Below, piece after piece: positions 1-11,215 of a DNA stretch of 64,000 bases. The first letter of the stretch is position 1, and each line of letters opens with the position of its first letter. Origin of the DNA: Phaeosaccion multiseriatum (Eukaryota; Protista; Ochrophyta, other classes). A program made the translations under genes and the position numbers. The stretch is from contig OZ218950.1 of NCBI GenBank assembly GCA_965112735.1, forward strand, positions 3,720,001 to 3,784,000. The letters run 5' to 3'. The notes under the pieces are model-generated. The model saw only the letters and a list, made by a program, of their open reading frames with translations, did no database searches and was not told where the DNA came from.

Positions 1-78
1 ACTCACTCACTCACTCACTCACTCACCCACTCACTCACTCACTCACTCACCCACTCGCTCGCCCCCTGACTCGCTCAC
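1..78. repeat. (ACTC)n tetranucleotide microsatellite, truncated by the window edge
   Basis: actcactcac... tandem array visible directly. Confidence 0.9.
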
Positions 79-696
79 TACTTCGGGGCCCCATGTCAAT
101 AAGCATGTGTGCGGCACTGGCTGCTCATGGCACTTTGAGTCGTACACTCACACACAGGATAACCAAGAGATAGGGGATCGCACGTGCTTCGATGTTGTTG
201 TGTTGAATTATACACCACCTGCGACTGATCACGAATGTAACGGGCGTCCCCCAAATGCCGACGATAGTCCGGATTCCAACGTGTCCACCCCCTTTGAGAC
301 TCCACAATGGAGCGATGGAGTGCCATGGTGTACACTATGCATGGTACAGCATCCGGATCTAACTGCGCCGAGACGAAAGTTCGCTCGATAGAACCTCACG
401 CCCTCACGCCCTCGCTCACTCACTGTGCTGAATCGCAAGAATACTCAAGGCGTTTAGAGAATGCACTACCAGAGCTGGTAGGTGTCCTGTTGGCCTCATG
501 GCAATCTGTGTCGAAACTACCGACAGCTAGCCTCAAAGCCAAGCTAGAGCAAAGCAGAAGCTAAAGCAAGCATCCGGAAGCCAGTCCACACGGCTACTGA
601 TTTACCGTCTCGTTGGCCCATTTTCCGGCCGTTACACTACTGATTGGGTCCCCAAGAGACCCCAACTAGGCCACTTCTAACATCCCTCTCACTACA

Positions 697-710
697 CCCC
701 CGCCTCTTCC
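697..710 (-). other. Polypurine tract (GGAAGAGGCGGGGG) followed by TGTAGT, the probable start of the 3' LTR at 696
   Basis: Purine run downstream of integrase, immediately followed by TG, as expected at a PPT/LTR junction. Confidence 0.55.
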
Positions 711-914
711 GCCGAGATGCGAGCGATAGAATTGCGTCTCGTGCGCCAGCCCGCTGCCCCACTTCTCATGTTGCCGCAGGCGGATCGTGCTTTCCCGTTT
801 AGACCTATGCCCTCTTTTGACATGCACTCCTGGGTCGAGGGCAGTGTGCGGAAGAGCGTTTTCAAACGCCTCCATGGCCTTGGCGTGTCCCCGCTCCAGC
901 AACCACTCCGCCCA

Positions 915-2150
915 TCACCGCCCACCGCACGTTATAGTACTCTCGCGGAATTTCACAATCCTCGCCAGCGTGGGCACTTTCCCTTCACTCACCTCGTCCA
1001 GCTCTAAGCTACGCTGCTCCTGCATTGCGCTGGCAGCCCACTGCGGAGAGCACCAACGAATATAATACCTGGCGAACCCTTCCGGGAGGCCGGAAGGCCG
1101 CTCGCTCACCCCATCGATGTCTCTGTGGTACGCCCGTTGCAGCTGGTCCACACCGTTTCATTAGACAGATACACTGCGCTGCGCTGCATGACCTGATATG
1201 ATAGTGCTCTTCACTCACCTGCCCGTGCTGAGCACAGTAGGCCCCCAGTGATGGCCAAGGCAAGACTGTATACGAGACGACGGAGGCCCTTCGAGTTCTT
1301 CCCCTTCTTGCCTGGGCGGCGGCACCAGGGCGATACAACATGGTTGTAGGGGCGTCGGCCAACGGCGTGAGGCATTCTTCAGCTGCAACCTCCCATGGTA
1401 GTCGTAGTGTCTCCCATTGAACACCGCCGCAGCCGCAGCCAGACGTGCCCGCAGCTCATGGACCCATGCCGAGGCGGACGAAAACGACCCGTCCTCCACC
1501 ACAGCCGGAAGCATCGCCTGCAGAGGCACCGGCGGATGCCGGTCGAACAAGGCGTAGAACGGCGCCATCCCCGTGCTCTCCTGCGATCGACAGTTGTACG
1601 CATAGGTGTAATCTGGCCACTGCTGCATCTGTGACTCCACGGTCGTCGCCAACATGTCCTTGATCGCGGCCATGAAGCGCTCCACCTGACCATTGGCCTG
1701 TTGATGCATCGGCATCGTGAACACTTGCGACGCCGACTGGACCCGCATCACGTCGCCCATGAGCGCGCTGGTGAACTGCGAGCCTTGATCGCTCACCAGC
1801 ACTCGGGGCACACCCAGGGTGGTGACGAGGGCACCACCACTGTCCACTTCGTGAACCAATCCTGAAACACCAAGAGGTACTCCTCACTGTAAAACGGCCC
1901 ATGCCCATGGGAAAGGGGCCGGCCACATCAGCGCCCATGACCGCCCAAGGCCCAGGCCTTGGCAGCCCGCGAGGAGTCTTGCGTGTCTGACACGCCAGAC
2001 AAGAGCGGGCCCAATACAGCGCGTGTGCATTCACCTTCTCCCACCATAGTGCCCAGTGCCCACCTGCGATGGCATCGGTGTGGGCGGCATGCAGCAAGGC
2101 TGGCCGCATCTCCTTGGGCACACATACTTGTAGCCGAGTGTGCCGCACCC
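915..2150 (-). pseudogene. Gypsy integrase (HHCC zinc-binding + DDE core + degenerate GPY/F; possible chromodomain-like tail YYIRW)
   Basis: ORFs 1456-2148, 1215-1859, 1009-1362 and 915-1151 carry the motifs in successive frames. Confidence 0.85.
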
Positions 2151-3049
2151 GCCACCGAAAGCCCCCAGGAGCCCGTCCTCATCCACAAAGAACTCACCCC
2201 CATCAGCATCCACCACGCCGCCGGTGGGCCCAGCCTGAACACGACGACGGAGTGCTTCCAGCTCCGCATCAGCCCGCTGCGCACGCACCCACCACGCGGC
2301 CTCGACATGCAGACTGCCACCCAGAGCTCCAGCCGCTCGTCTGTGCGCCGCGGCAGCAGGCACGACTGTCGCTCTGCCTCTCGTCGATGACCATCAAGCT
2401 CGAGCTGCAAGGTCGACTCCTGCTCCACCGTTGAATCCACTTTGTCCTCTGCTTCGTCCGTGATAAGCACATCGCCGACAGCCGTGCTAGGATCCGAAAG
2501 CGACTCCGCATCTGACGGCCCTCCTCCGGAACTAGCGCCCCACCATCTCGACGCTCGGGGGCACCAGCAACGGCAGCTGGACACACCTCCGGGAGCGGAC
2601 GAGACGCATCCTCCTCAAGCTCGGCCTCCCATGCAGCCCAAGCATGAGCGGCCGCGGCACCCGTTTGCTGAGCCTCCGCTGGTGTGCACATCGAAAAAGT
2701 AGTCACGCGACACCTGACGGACTTGCTTCCATGGCAGCTCGATCATGGTGCCTAAATGCCTGGCCAACGTGCCCACTACCTTCCGCTTGCGCTTACAAGT
2801 CCGCGTGAACCGCTCCACCAGTTGCATCATCGTCTCCGAGCTGCAGTTTGGCCAGGTCGAATACCTCCAACGTCTTGGAGTGACCACCAAAGATGTAGAG
2901 CGTGACACGTAATCGCGATCGCCCCGATAGCCGACCGCGGCCTGCATGAACCTGCCGACTTGCATCTCCTCCTGCTCCGCAGGCGGGCGAGCAGGGCTCA
3001 TCGCGCCAAGCTCCACCCCCGGACCACCTCGTACGAACGGCACACACTC

Positions 3050-3900
3050 CGCCATGCGAGGCCAGAGGCGGAGGAGCGCCGCAGCGTCAGCAAACCATGC
3101 CCGCTGTAAGGCACCGCTCCCGGCAAACTCAAAGCTACCGAGCTGCTGCCTGAGCCTCTTGGCCAAGGTCAGCTGCCTTCGGGATTCTTTGGGGTTGTAA
3201 AGAGTCACGTTGCTCTCCACCTAGGATAGGAGTAGCCGCATGGATAAGGTAATAGCAACCCCAAAGCCAGCCTGGCAGCCAGCCTTGTCTCTATTAGCTT
3301 TATCCGTGAGCCATCCTAAACGACCAACCTGCTGGGAGGTGAGTGAGAAACGGGCCACGCACCGTTTCTCACCGTATTTGCCTGGGCCTGGGCCATTGAC
3401 ATAATACTGACTTTCAACAGGCATACTCCCGTTGAGCGGCTGACAGTGGCCGCTTCGTCCAATCGGTGACCCGCTCCTCCTTGCCAAGGTGTTGCTCCTG
3501 CTGGAGACCGATGAGCTGAGCATGTTCGGGGCACACGCGCTTAAAGAGGTCACTGGTGTCCACCAAGGTTACAATGTGCTGGACATGCTCTGCGAGCGCC
3601 GGCCATTGGCCCAGGGCACGTTGGTCGTGACTCCAGTGGTGAGCCAGCTTCACAATCGAGGGTTCGGCCCATAGATCCCGCAACACTTGTCCCAGTAGCA
3701 TCATACCCCCCGCCTTCTTCAGCGCGTCTAGATCAATCAAGAGCCCGTAGTCGCGCGCCACGTCTGGCAGCGGCCCAACTTGCACGGCCAATTGCAGCAG
3801 CGACGCGCGCCGACGGTGACGCGCCCACTTTGGCTGTGCGCAGCTGAGTCGACAGAGCCTGCACGTGCCTCGGCGTAGACACGTACGTGCACCTCGCTGC
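3050..3900 (-). pseudogene. DEDDy 3'-5' exonuclease domain (Mut-7/EXD3/WRN-exo/RNase D type) inside the retrotransposon pol region
   Basis: TYVSTPRHVQALSTQLRTAKVG (ExoI lead-in, D-x-E not present); LLQLAVQ; LLIDLDAL; SIVKLAHHWSHDQRAL (ExoII); LVDTSDL; KEERVTDWTKRPLSAAQREYA then, after an insertion, FADAAALLRLW (ExoIII YxxxD). Confidence 0.8.
3100..3419 (-). mobile_element. Nested LTR-like insertion, copy 1 (starts TGTTGAAAG), splitting the ExoIII motif
   Basis: Interrupts EYA|FADA; 32/34 identity with 4859-4892 and further homology to 4780-4924. Confidence 0.6.
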
Positions 3901-4329
3901 GGGGCATCTGATCCGGCTGCCAGGCCTCAATCACAGCCTTCTTCACACCCAGCTGAGGTGCCCGCGTAGGCTGCCATCCCCCCCATTGCTGGAGACGCTG
4001 TGTCCAAGCACGTGACTGCGTCGCACACAAGTCCGCCTCTGCAGTCTGCCAGGCTTGTAGGGCCTCCTCTCCGCTCTGCTGCGGGTAGTGGCACCGCTAC
4101 TGCTGCTGCTGCTGCTGTGTCGTCACCATAGGCACAGGAGTAGGAAGGCGAGTGTCGGCTTCGCCTTGCAGCTGTTGTGCCACGGCGAGAAAGCGAAGCA
4201 GTGCTCCCTCCGTGGGCTCCTCCCAATGAAGGCTGCACTCGTCCCCCACCATCTCCACCAAGGGCGACGGCCACGCGCACGCCACCATGGCCAAGTCCAC
4301 CCCTGCATGCGTCTCCCACTCCTGCACTG

Positions 4330-5150
4330 GCAGCGCATTGCGAGAGAGGCAGTCAGGCACCACCTCGATGCACAAACTGCAAGTGGTGCGTAGAGAGCCG
4401 CTCGTACCATCGGAACAGCTTGGAATTGGTATCCTTGTGCCCAGCTAGTGGCAGATGTACATGGCCAGTTTACGCACGCACCACACCACTGCCAGCAGCT
4501 CCAGCTCCGTGCTGCTCAGTCGGGCCTCCGTCTCCGTGGTAGCCCGACTGATGAACGTCACCCGGTCGCATCTTTCTGAGAGAGCACCCCTGCTAAAGCT
4601 TCCGTCGAGGCATCGGTGCTCAGGTGAAAGTCGTCTCTGGCCCGCATTCTTCGCGCCCTGCGGCATCACTCGCCAAGCGTAAGTACCACTGTGGCACACA
4701 GAGGTGGATATGTCCTCTTGCGCTGCTGATGCCATCGGCACATTCAAGTAGCCCGACAGAATGTCCATCACCGATAACACCTTGCCTCTATTACTTATCG
4801 CATGCTAGCCCTAAACGACCACCTTCGCACACAGGATAGTGAGAGCCACGCCACCCGTTCTCACCGCATCTGCCTGGGCCTGGGCCATTGACTTATGGCT
4901 CATCTCATCTGAGGCCTTCCAACACCATGCATCTCGGCAAGCACATCATCAATCACCGGCATCGCAGGGGCCCCCGTGCGACACGCATTGTAGGCGTCCC
5001 ATCCTCATGACAGCGAGAAGCTTCCAATCTCAATCTCAATGCTCCGCCGCAAATTTGGAGGACACCGTCGAGCGGAGCTCCGGATGGGCTGCTGATTCGC
5101 ATCTTTCAGTCCCCACTCAAAGAAGAGAGTATCCGTCCGACCGTAGTCAC
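4330..5150 (-). pseudogene. Gypsy reverse transcriptase / RNase H remnant
   Basis: ORFs 5005-5502, 4445-4780 and 4097-4375; a deletion joins MPQGAKNAG almost directly to the RNase H start. Confidence 0.85.
4781..4924 (-). mobile_element. Nested LTR-like insertion, copy 2 (starts TGTTGGAAG), splitting RT
   Basis: Separates MPVIDDVLAEMHG from KVLSVMD; homologous to 3283-3419. Confidence 0.6.
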
Positions 5151-6622
5151 CAGGCCTCTGACAGAATGCTTGCGACCGAGCGCGAAGGATCGCTACCAGC
5201 ACCCAGCGTTGCACCTCCGTCCAGGCACCGTCGCCAATCGTGATAGCGTGCAGGGGCGACGGTAGCTCCCTGAGCCAGAACTGAGCCCGCTCCGTAGTGA
5301 GCTTGGCACGGCGCCGCTGCTCCACGACAAGCTCTCCTGCCTCCCACGACTCCACTCCCCCACCAAGACAGCGGGACTCTCCTGTAACACCGCTGCTTGC
5401 AATTGGATAAGGAGGGCAGATCCTGCTCCTGCTGCAGAAATGGGCGACTAGACCACAAGGCCAAGAGCTGTTGGGCCCATGCTGCCACAGCAACGTCCCC
5501 AACGCCGCTTAGACCCGTACCAGCGGCTTGGTGTACATGTGGGCGCAGGAGCAGCAGTGCTGTCACAGCCCCCACCTCCGCCGCAACCAAGCACTCGCGC
5601 AGACGTCCGTACACTCGCTCTGACAGTTGGGGATACCACTCCTTTAGCAACTGCACTCCTGCCATCAGTGTCCCCCCGGACGTGTCACTCTGGCTACCGA
5701 GTCGCAAGGCACCATCCGCATCCAGTGCCCACTGCCGCAGACGAGATGAACCTCCCACGGACCGTAGTGACGAGGCCGCCGACGCCACTGACGACGCTGC
5801 CCCTGGCGTAGGTCGTGCGGAAGCCTCAGACACCGCCACGTGTTGGACCTGGGTCTGACGACGTCGCGCTACTGCCGCCGGAGCTGCACCGCATTGGACC
5901 GCTGAACCTGCTGAGCTGCTGACCGATCCGCGCGCTTAAAGAGCTCTTCCCGCTGGGCCTTGTACCGTCGCTGCAATGCCCACTGCCGCTGCTGCCGTGC
6001 CTGCTGCTGTGCCACTCGTAACCGCTGGGCCTGCTGCGTTGCCAACCATGCTGCGGTCTCCTCCTCGTGAACACGTGGTGTGTCAGCTCGTCGGGCCAGC
6101 ACTCGCGCTGTTCGCCAACCTGCGGAATCCGCCAAGGGTACTCGACGCTCCCGCTTCACCTGTCGTCGCCCCAAGTCGCTCCCCCAAGCGAGACGAAGCC
6201 CTCGGCGATGCCAGGCGCAGGTGTTGTCAGCGCACCGCTCCAGCCGCAACGGCAAAACTTGTCGTCGCACCTGCTCATGATGCTCCAACACTGCTTGCCG
6301 ATGAACCCGGTCCCACAGTACAGGAGACTCCACAAGCGTCGATGCCGCTGCAACCGCCCAGCACCCACTCGACTCTGACGACACTGACTCCCCTTCTTGC
6401 CTCTGAAACCGGGCCTTCACTGCCGGTTGAGACACCACGGTCGATGACACCCCCGCCTCCGCCTCAGTCCCGCTGCGTGGGGGCGTCAGCCAGGGCCTGC
6501 ACCTGCACAGCTTGCAGCGGAAGCGCCGTAGCCCCCAGCTCAGCCTCCTCTGGCACTGCCGAACAGCGAACCACAGGCTGTTATAGCTAGGCAAGGAACA
6601 AGTGATTTGTGCTCTCCTCGCC

Positions 6623-7490
6623 TCAGCACTTGCTTGGCAGCCAGGGCCGCCACTCCAACAGTTTCAGAATGTTGCCGGCCCCGCGGGGTGGACTCGACCG
6701 ACGGCAACAGCACAACCTCGAGGTGATCAGCCTTTCGTATACCGCATTACGACGAATGTCGTGGACCTTCTGCTGCGGGGAGGGGCCTCCTTCAGCACCA
6801 GAGAGGGACCCTTTGGAAACACGCCATGAGCCCTGCTCCTCCTCCTCCTCGTCGTTCTTGCCGTACTTCTCGTCGTTGTTATCGTCGAGGCGGAGCTCCC
6901 CGAAGCTCTGTAGAACCAACGCGAGTGCACGAGAGATGGTGAGAAAGGGATGGGATGGCACGGGGCGGGGGGGGAGGACAGGAGGAGGAGCAGCAGCAGC
7001 AGCAGCAGCAGTAGTAGCAACAGCAGCCGACGGCTAATTCAATCATGCTTACAATGCCCCTCCCTCCCTCCCCCCCACACACTCGCTCTTGAACGGCTTG
7101 TGTACGTAAACCTCAACCTTACATACGTACGTACCTGTCGGAAGCAATCTCCGGCCTGCGAGAAGCTCCTCCCCTCCCTCCGCCCTCGCTCGCTCCTCTT
7201 TGAGCTGCTGCTGGCGATGGCGCCGCTGCTGTATCACCAACTGCTGTGCCTGCTTGGCCTGCTTGTTCTCCTCCCCGTCCTTCTTGAGATTAGCGATGAG
7301 GCCGTCGATCACCCCCCCCCTGGGGATGCTGCTTCTTGCCAACTCTCGTATCACCAACTGCTGCTGCTTCTGCTTGTTCCTCCTGTTCTTGCTCTTCTTC
7401 TCACGCTCTGAGGAGGACGGGCGTCGCTCCACCCCGCGAGTATGAACAGTCGCATCCTCGTCGACGCCAACGTTATCATTGTCCCTTAAT
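6623..7490 (-). CDS. Hypothetical spliced gene or gene fragment (charged, internal QQLVI repeat)
   Basis: ORFs 7049-7432 and 6623-6961 can be joined by a GT-AG intron at about 6909-7134; no recognisable domain. Confidence 0.3.
6755..6803 (+). pseudogene. Short duplicated fragment of the ankyrin gene (VVDLLLRGGASFSTR)
   Basis: Near-identical to 10260-10307 (VVDLLLREGASFSTR). Confidence 0.7.
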
Positions 7491-10051
7491 TTTTATAAAA
7501 AAATAATGACGCAACCCAGGGAGGGTTGAAAGGGGGTTAATGTGGCCGCATGTGGCATGTGTATGGGTGGGTGGGGTGGGCGGGTCAGTCGGTGTGTGGG
7601 TGAGGTGCGCGTAACAGTGAGAGGGTGGGAGGGCACCGACGAAGGAGGGAAGAGTCCTTAGCTACTCCCGCGCGCACACCACACACACACACACACACAC
7701 ATCCATAGACACACATACATCCGCGTACACACACAGACACAAGCGCACACATATAGCCTCACTGTATCGACTACAAGTAGCCCTCCAGCAGCGGCCTCGG
7801 CGGTGAAGTAGTTGCCCAAGCTCGGCTCTGCAAACAGGCCCAGCCAGTCTCTGGGAGTTGGTCAGACGCGTCGTCGGCATCTGCAAAGGGCTCCTCCAGA
7901 GGAGTCTCATGTTCATTGCCCATCCAGACACCACCCCCCTGTCTTAGGGGCGTTACGAATGCCGGTCTCACTCCTCCTCCTCCAGCTGCTGGCTGCTGCT
8001 TCTCGGGTCCCCTTGCTGCTGCCTCCCGTGAGCCTTCGAGGGATGCTTGTTGACAGCGCTCTCGTCGTTCCCTGCCGCCGCCTGGCTGCACGTATCCACA
8101 CAGCCCCAAGCGGGCAAGTGAAAAGAACAAACAAGGGTGTGTGGGGTGAGGAAAGACCACGAGGAGTGGCTGTGTACGGGTATGTAGAAGTGTATAGTGA
8201 TGTGGAGCGTGTCCGAAGAAGCAGAAGATGATGATTCACCTCCTTGATCCTGGCTGACCCTGGCTGGTGGTGCAGGCGGAGCGAGGTGGCGGACGGATGG
8301 AGAGGGCTCCCGCGGGAGACGTGGAGGATCGGAAGGGGCGGTGGCTGTCGTTGCGCTTCGGGTGGCCATCGCGTATCATGGTCCCCCTGGGCCTCTTCCG
8401 CCTGCTGCGGGTGCAGTTGCTGCTGCTGCTGCTGCTGCTGCTGGCCAGTGTGTAGCTAGCTACCTGCCGAGCACCGGGGAGGGGCTACTGTACTGAGTGA
8501 GGGAGGCGGGGAGACACGAGGTTAGTGACGAAGAGTCGGGAGAGAAGCTAGGGGAGACTGTAGCTAGCCGAGAACAGGGGGCCCACAGCTTGGCTCGCTC
8601 ACACACAACCCACGCACTCGCCACCACTCACCTCCGCATTCGTGGTGCTCCACAGGGCCAGGCCCTCGGAATCGGTCCAGGGCTGCTGGAGCGAACCAAG
8701 AGCAGAGCCGTGCGGGAGGGAGTGCTGATGCCCAGGCCCTGCAGGAGAATGGGGGAGAAGTCAAGGTGAAGGGCTCCGCTGGCCTCGCGGGAGGGAGGCA
8801 GAGGAGTCCGTACAGCGGCTCCTCCTCTGCCCCCCCCTGGCTGCTCCGTATCCTCCAGCGGCTACTGCTGCTGCTGCCCCAGGCAGAGCCCCCCTTCTTC
8901 TGGCTGTGCCCCGCATCCTCTATTAAACCCCTCCTTCTCCCCCTTCTCCCTCTTCCTCCCCCTCCTTGTCATGGTGCGGAGGAGGGGCACAGTCTCTTGG
9001 TATAGTCATCACAGCCAAACGGGCGATAGCTAGTCCCTTCACTCCCTGCCGGATGAGGAGCCGGGGCGGTCATGGGAGTCCGATGGGCTGAGGCTTGGCC
9101 GTAAAGCCGCGTGGATGGGAGACATGAAGGCCTGGCTGCATCTCCCCTTCCCCCCAGCAAAAGAGGCGGCCGGAAGTGGCTGACGGGGGGAAGAAGGCAG
9201 AGGGCTAGGAAGGCGCCGGTAAGGACCGCGAGTAGAAGGGGAATGACCAGCCTGCAGCTAGCTAGTTTAGCCTTTCCTTCTACCCTTTGAGACTCGTGGG
9301 GAAAGCTGGTGGGTGGACCGGCCAGAGGAGAAACGTGGCGTTGGAGATGAAAGCCCTGAAACAGCCCGGATGGAGAAGAAGCGGCAGGAGCAGCTGCTGT
9401 TCATGCCTGCGGTCTGTTGCCCTGAGCTGGCTGCGGTCTGTTTGATCGTGTGTCGCGTAGACCCTAGCTATACACTTCGCTCCTCTGGCTGCGTGTTGCG
9501 TGTGCTGCCTACGCCATCAGTGCTCCTGCCCCAGATTTTGGGGAGAGATCGGGATCTGTGACTTTGAAGCATCAATAGCCCCGGAGTAGTCCTCTTAGGT
9601 GGCGAGAGCCATAAAAAAAAACAAGGGCGACCGACTACTGCACGCAGGCACAACAGGGAGACGAGAGCCCTCTGCATGCCCCCTGTCAGCACTGGTCGTC
9701 TCAAGCGAGGGGCCGCTTGCTCACAATGGCGCAGCAGGCAACTTTAACGCCCGAGGTAGCTACGACCTGCCCAGCTAGCGCCCTGCCCCCTGCCTGTAGA
9801 ACGACTCTGTACTTCCGAGAGAAAAGCAATGGTAGACACGATAGCTGCGGTAGGAAGCTCACGTAACGCTCCTGAGGCAGCGAGCAGCTTCCTGCTGATC
9901 CCTTGCTTACTTTACGTGTCTCTCCCCCGCTTTTGAAGCACAGTAGCCAAGAGCACTAAAGCGAATGGCTGGTGGCTTTGCGGATGCGATCCATATGATG
10001 GTGGGAGACTGAGCGACGCTTTCGAAGCTGATCCCTTTTGTTATCCGATGT

Positions 10052-11215
10052 ATGTGCGTCTCTCCCCCCCGACCTCGCTGCCCTCAACAACACCAGGCGC
10101 GGCGACTCCGGCGGGCTCTGGCAAGAGGAGACAGCCTCCCCACTGTGAACGCGCTGATTGGGAAGCTCATCGCCAAACATGGCAAAGCGAGTTTGGATCA
10201 GCCTATCCACGAAGAAGGATGTACCGCAATGTTTGCGGCTGCACTATACGGTCGGGTGGATGTCGTGGACCTTTTGCTGCGGGAAGGGGCCTCCTTCAGC
10301 ACCAGAGCTGGATCTCGCGGAGACAGACCACTGATAATGGCCAGCGGTTCCGGACACGATCAGGTGGTGAGGCGGCTGTTGGACAGTGGAGCCCCTGTCG
10401 ACCAAACGAATGCCAAAGGAAATACTTCCTTGATTGCAGCATCAGAAATGGGGCACTCCACGACAGTGCAGCAGCTGCTCTCGGCGCGTGCTAATGTCGA
10501 CTTGGCAGACGACCTCGGGCGTTCTCCGATTTGGATGGCCTCTCATGGTGGACATGGCTCTATTGTAAGGCACCTCATCTCAGCCCAAGCGGATGTAGAC
10601 CACGCAGAAAATCATCAAGGGACAACTCCGCTTCTACAGGCATCGCTCAAAGGGCATGTCGGCGTTGTACAGCAGCTCATCAGGGCCCACGCCAGCATCG
10701 ACAAGGCTGACCTCCAAGGTTTGACTCCTCTTCACTTTGCCTGTCAGGAAGGGCACGACGCCGTGGTGGACAAGCTTCTCTCTGCGGGAGCACGTGTGGA
10801 CAAAGGGACCAACAACGGCGCTTCAGCCCTCAATTTTGCCGCGCGGAATGGGCACGAAGCCGTCGTCGCTCGTCTCATCTCTGCGGAATCCCCCATCGAT
10901 ACCTCGGGAGTAGACCGCATCACCCCCTTCCTTGCTGCCATCTACAGAGACCATCACGGGACTGCGCGGCAGCTCCTCTCGGCCGGTGCTTCGGTGGACA
11001 AGGCCTTGGCTGGGGCACGGCGGTATCACCTCGGCCGGGACTTGGAGCAGCGACTTCTGGAGGCGGCAGCCGCCTTCTTCCGGTCCCAAACCGCGCTGGA
11101 CCTCATGCGGAGGACGGATCCGACGTTCGGCAAGGAGAGAGGAATCCTGCCACTGGAGAGGCCCGGGAGCGTACAGAGCGAGACGTGGGAGAGCATGGCG
11201 GAGGAGATGGGCTGA
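10052..11215 (+). CDS. Ankyrin repeat protein (about 8 repeats); true start may lie in an upstream exon
   Basis: Repeated G.TPL..A...GH..VV..LL.AGA.VD motifs in a 387-aa ORF. Confidence 0.92.
   Translation: MCVSPPRPRCPQQHQARRLRRALARGDSLPTVNALIGKLIAKHGKASLDQPIHEEGCTAMFAAALYGRVDVVDLLLREGASFSTRAGSRGDRPLIMASGSGHDQVVRRLLDSGAPVDQTNAKGNTSLIAASEMGHSTTVQQLLSARANVDLADDLGRSPIWMASHGGHGSIVRHLISAQADVDHAENHQGTTPLLQASLKGHVGVVQQLIRAHASIDKADLQGLTPLHFACQEGHDAVVDKLLSAGARVDKGTNNGASALNFAARNGHEAVVARLISAESPIDTSGVDRITPFLAAIYRDHHGTARQLLSAGASVDKALAGARRYHLGRDLEQRLLEAAAAFFRSQTALDLMRRTDPTFGKERGILPLERPGSVQSETWESMAEEMG

Larger units (their letters stand above)
420..6600 (-). mobile_element. Degenerate Ty3/gypsy LTR retrotransposon: gag-PR-RT-RH-[exonuclease insert]-IN, inactive; outer boundaries approximate
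   Basis: Minus-strand fragments in gypsy order: possible CCHC remnant near 6220-6260; pre-RT GRTDTLFFEWGLKDANQQPIRSSARR (5005-5150); RT MPVIDDVLAEMHG / LSVMDILSGYLNVPM / YAWRVMPQGAKNA; RNase H STDAS / FISRATTETEARLSSTELELLAVVWCVRKL / KLFRWYERL / VVPDCLSR; integrase HHCC (HTDAIAGGH...CLACQ) and core (GADVAGPFP, LVSDQGSQFTS, QANGQVER). Many frameshifts; the RT YxDD region is deleted. Confidence 0.9.

Noticed and set aside
1-78. Telomeric repeat at the window start
   Set aside because: The unit is ACTC, which also occurs internally (49388, 58845-58941); it is not a TTAGGG/TTTAGGG-type repeat.
107-391. Cys/His-containing 94-aa ORF
   Set aside because: Could be an exon, but no domain or reliable splice context could be assigned.
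5976-6590. Plus-strand 204-aa Pro/Ala/Thr-rich ORF
   Set aside because: Antisense shadow of the GC-rich gag region of the retrotransposon.
6580-6660. 5' LTR and primer-binding site of the gypsy element
   Set aside because: TGTTGG...TAACA ends are present, but there is no similarity to the 3' LTR region and no TGG-type PBS follows.
7771-9400. Possible minus-strand multi-exon hypothetical gene
   Set aside because: Coding-like low-complexity pieces with plausible splice sites, but no domain and no consistent model could be built.
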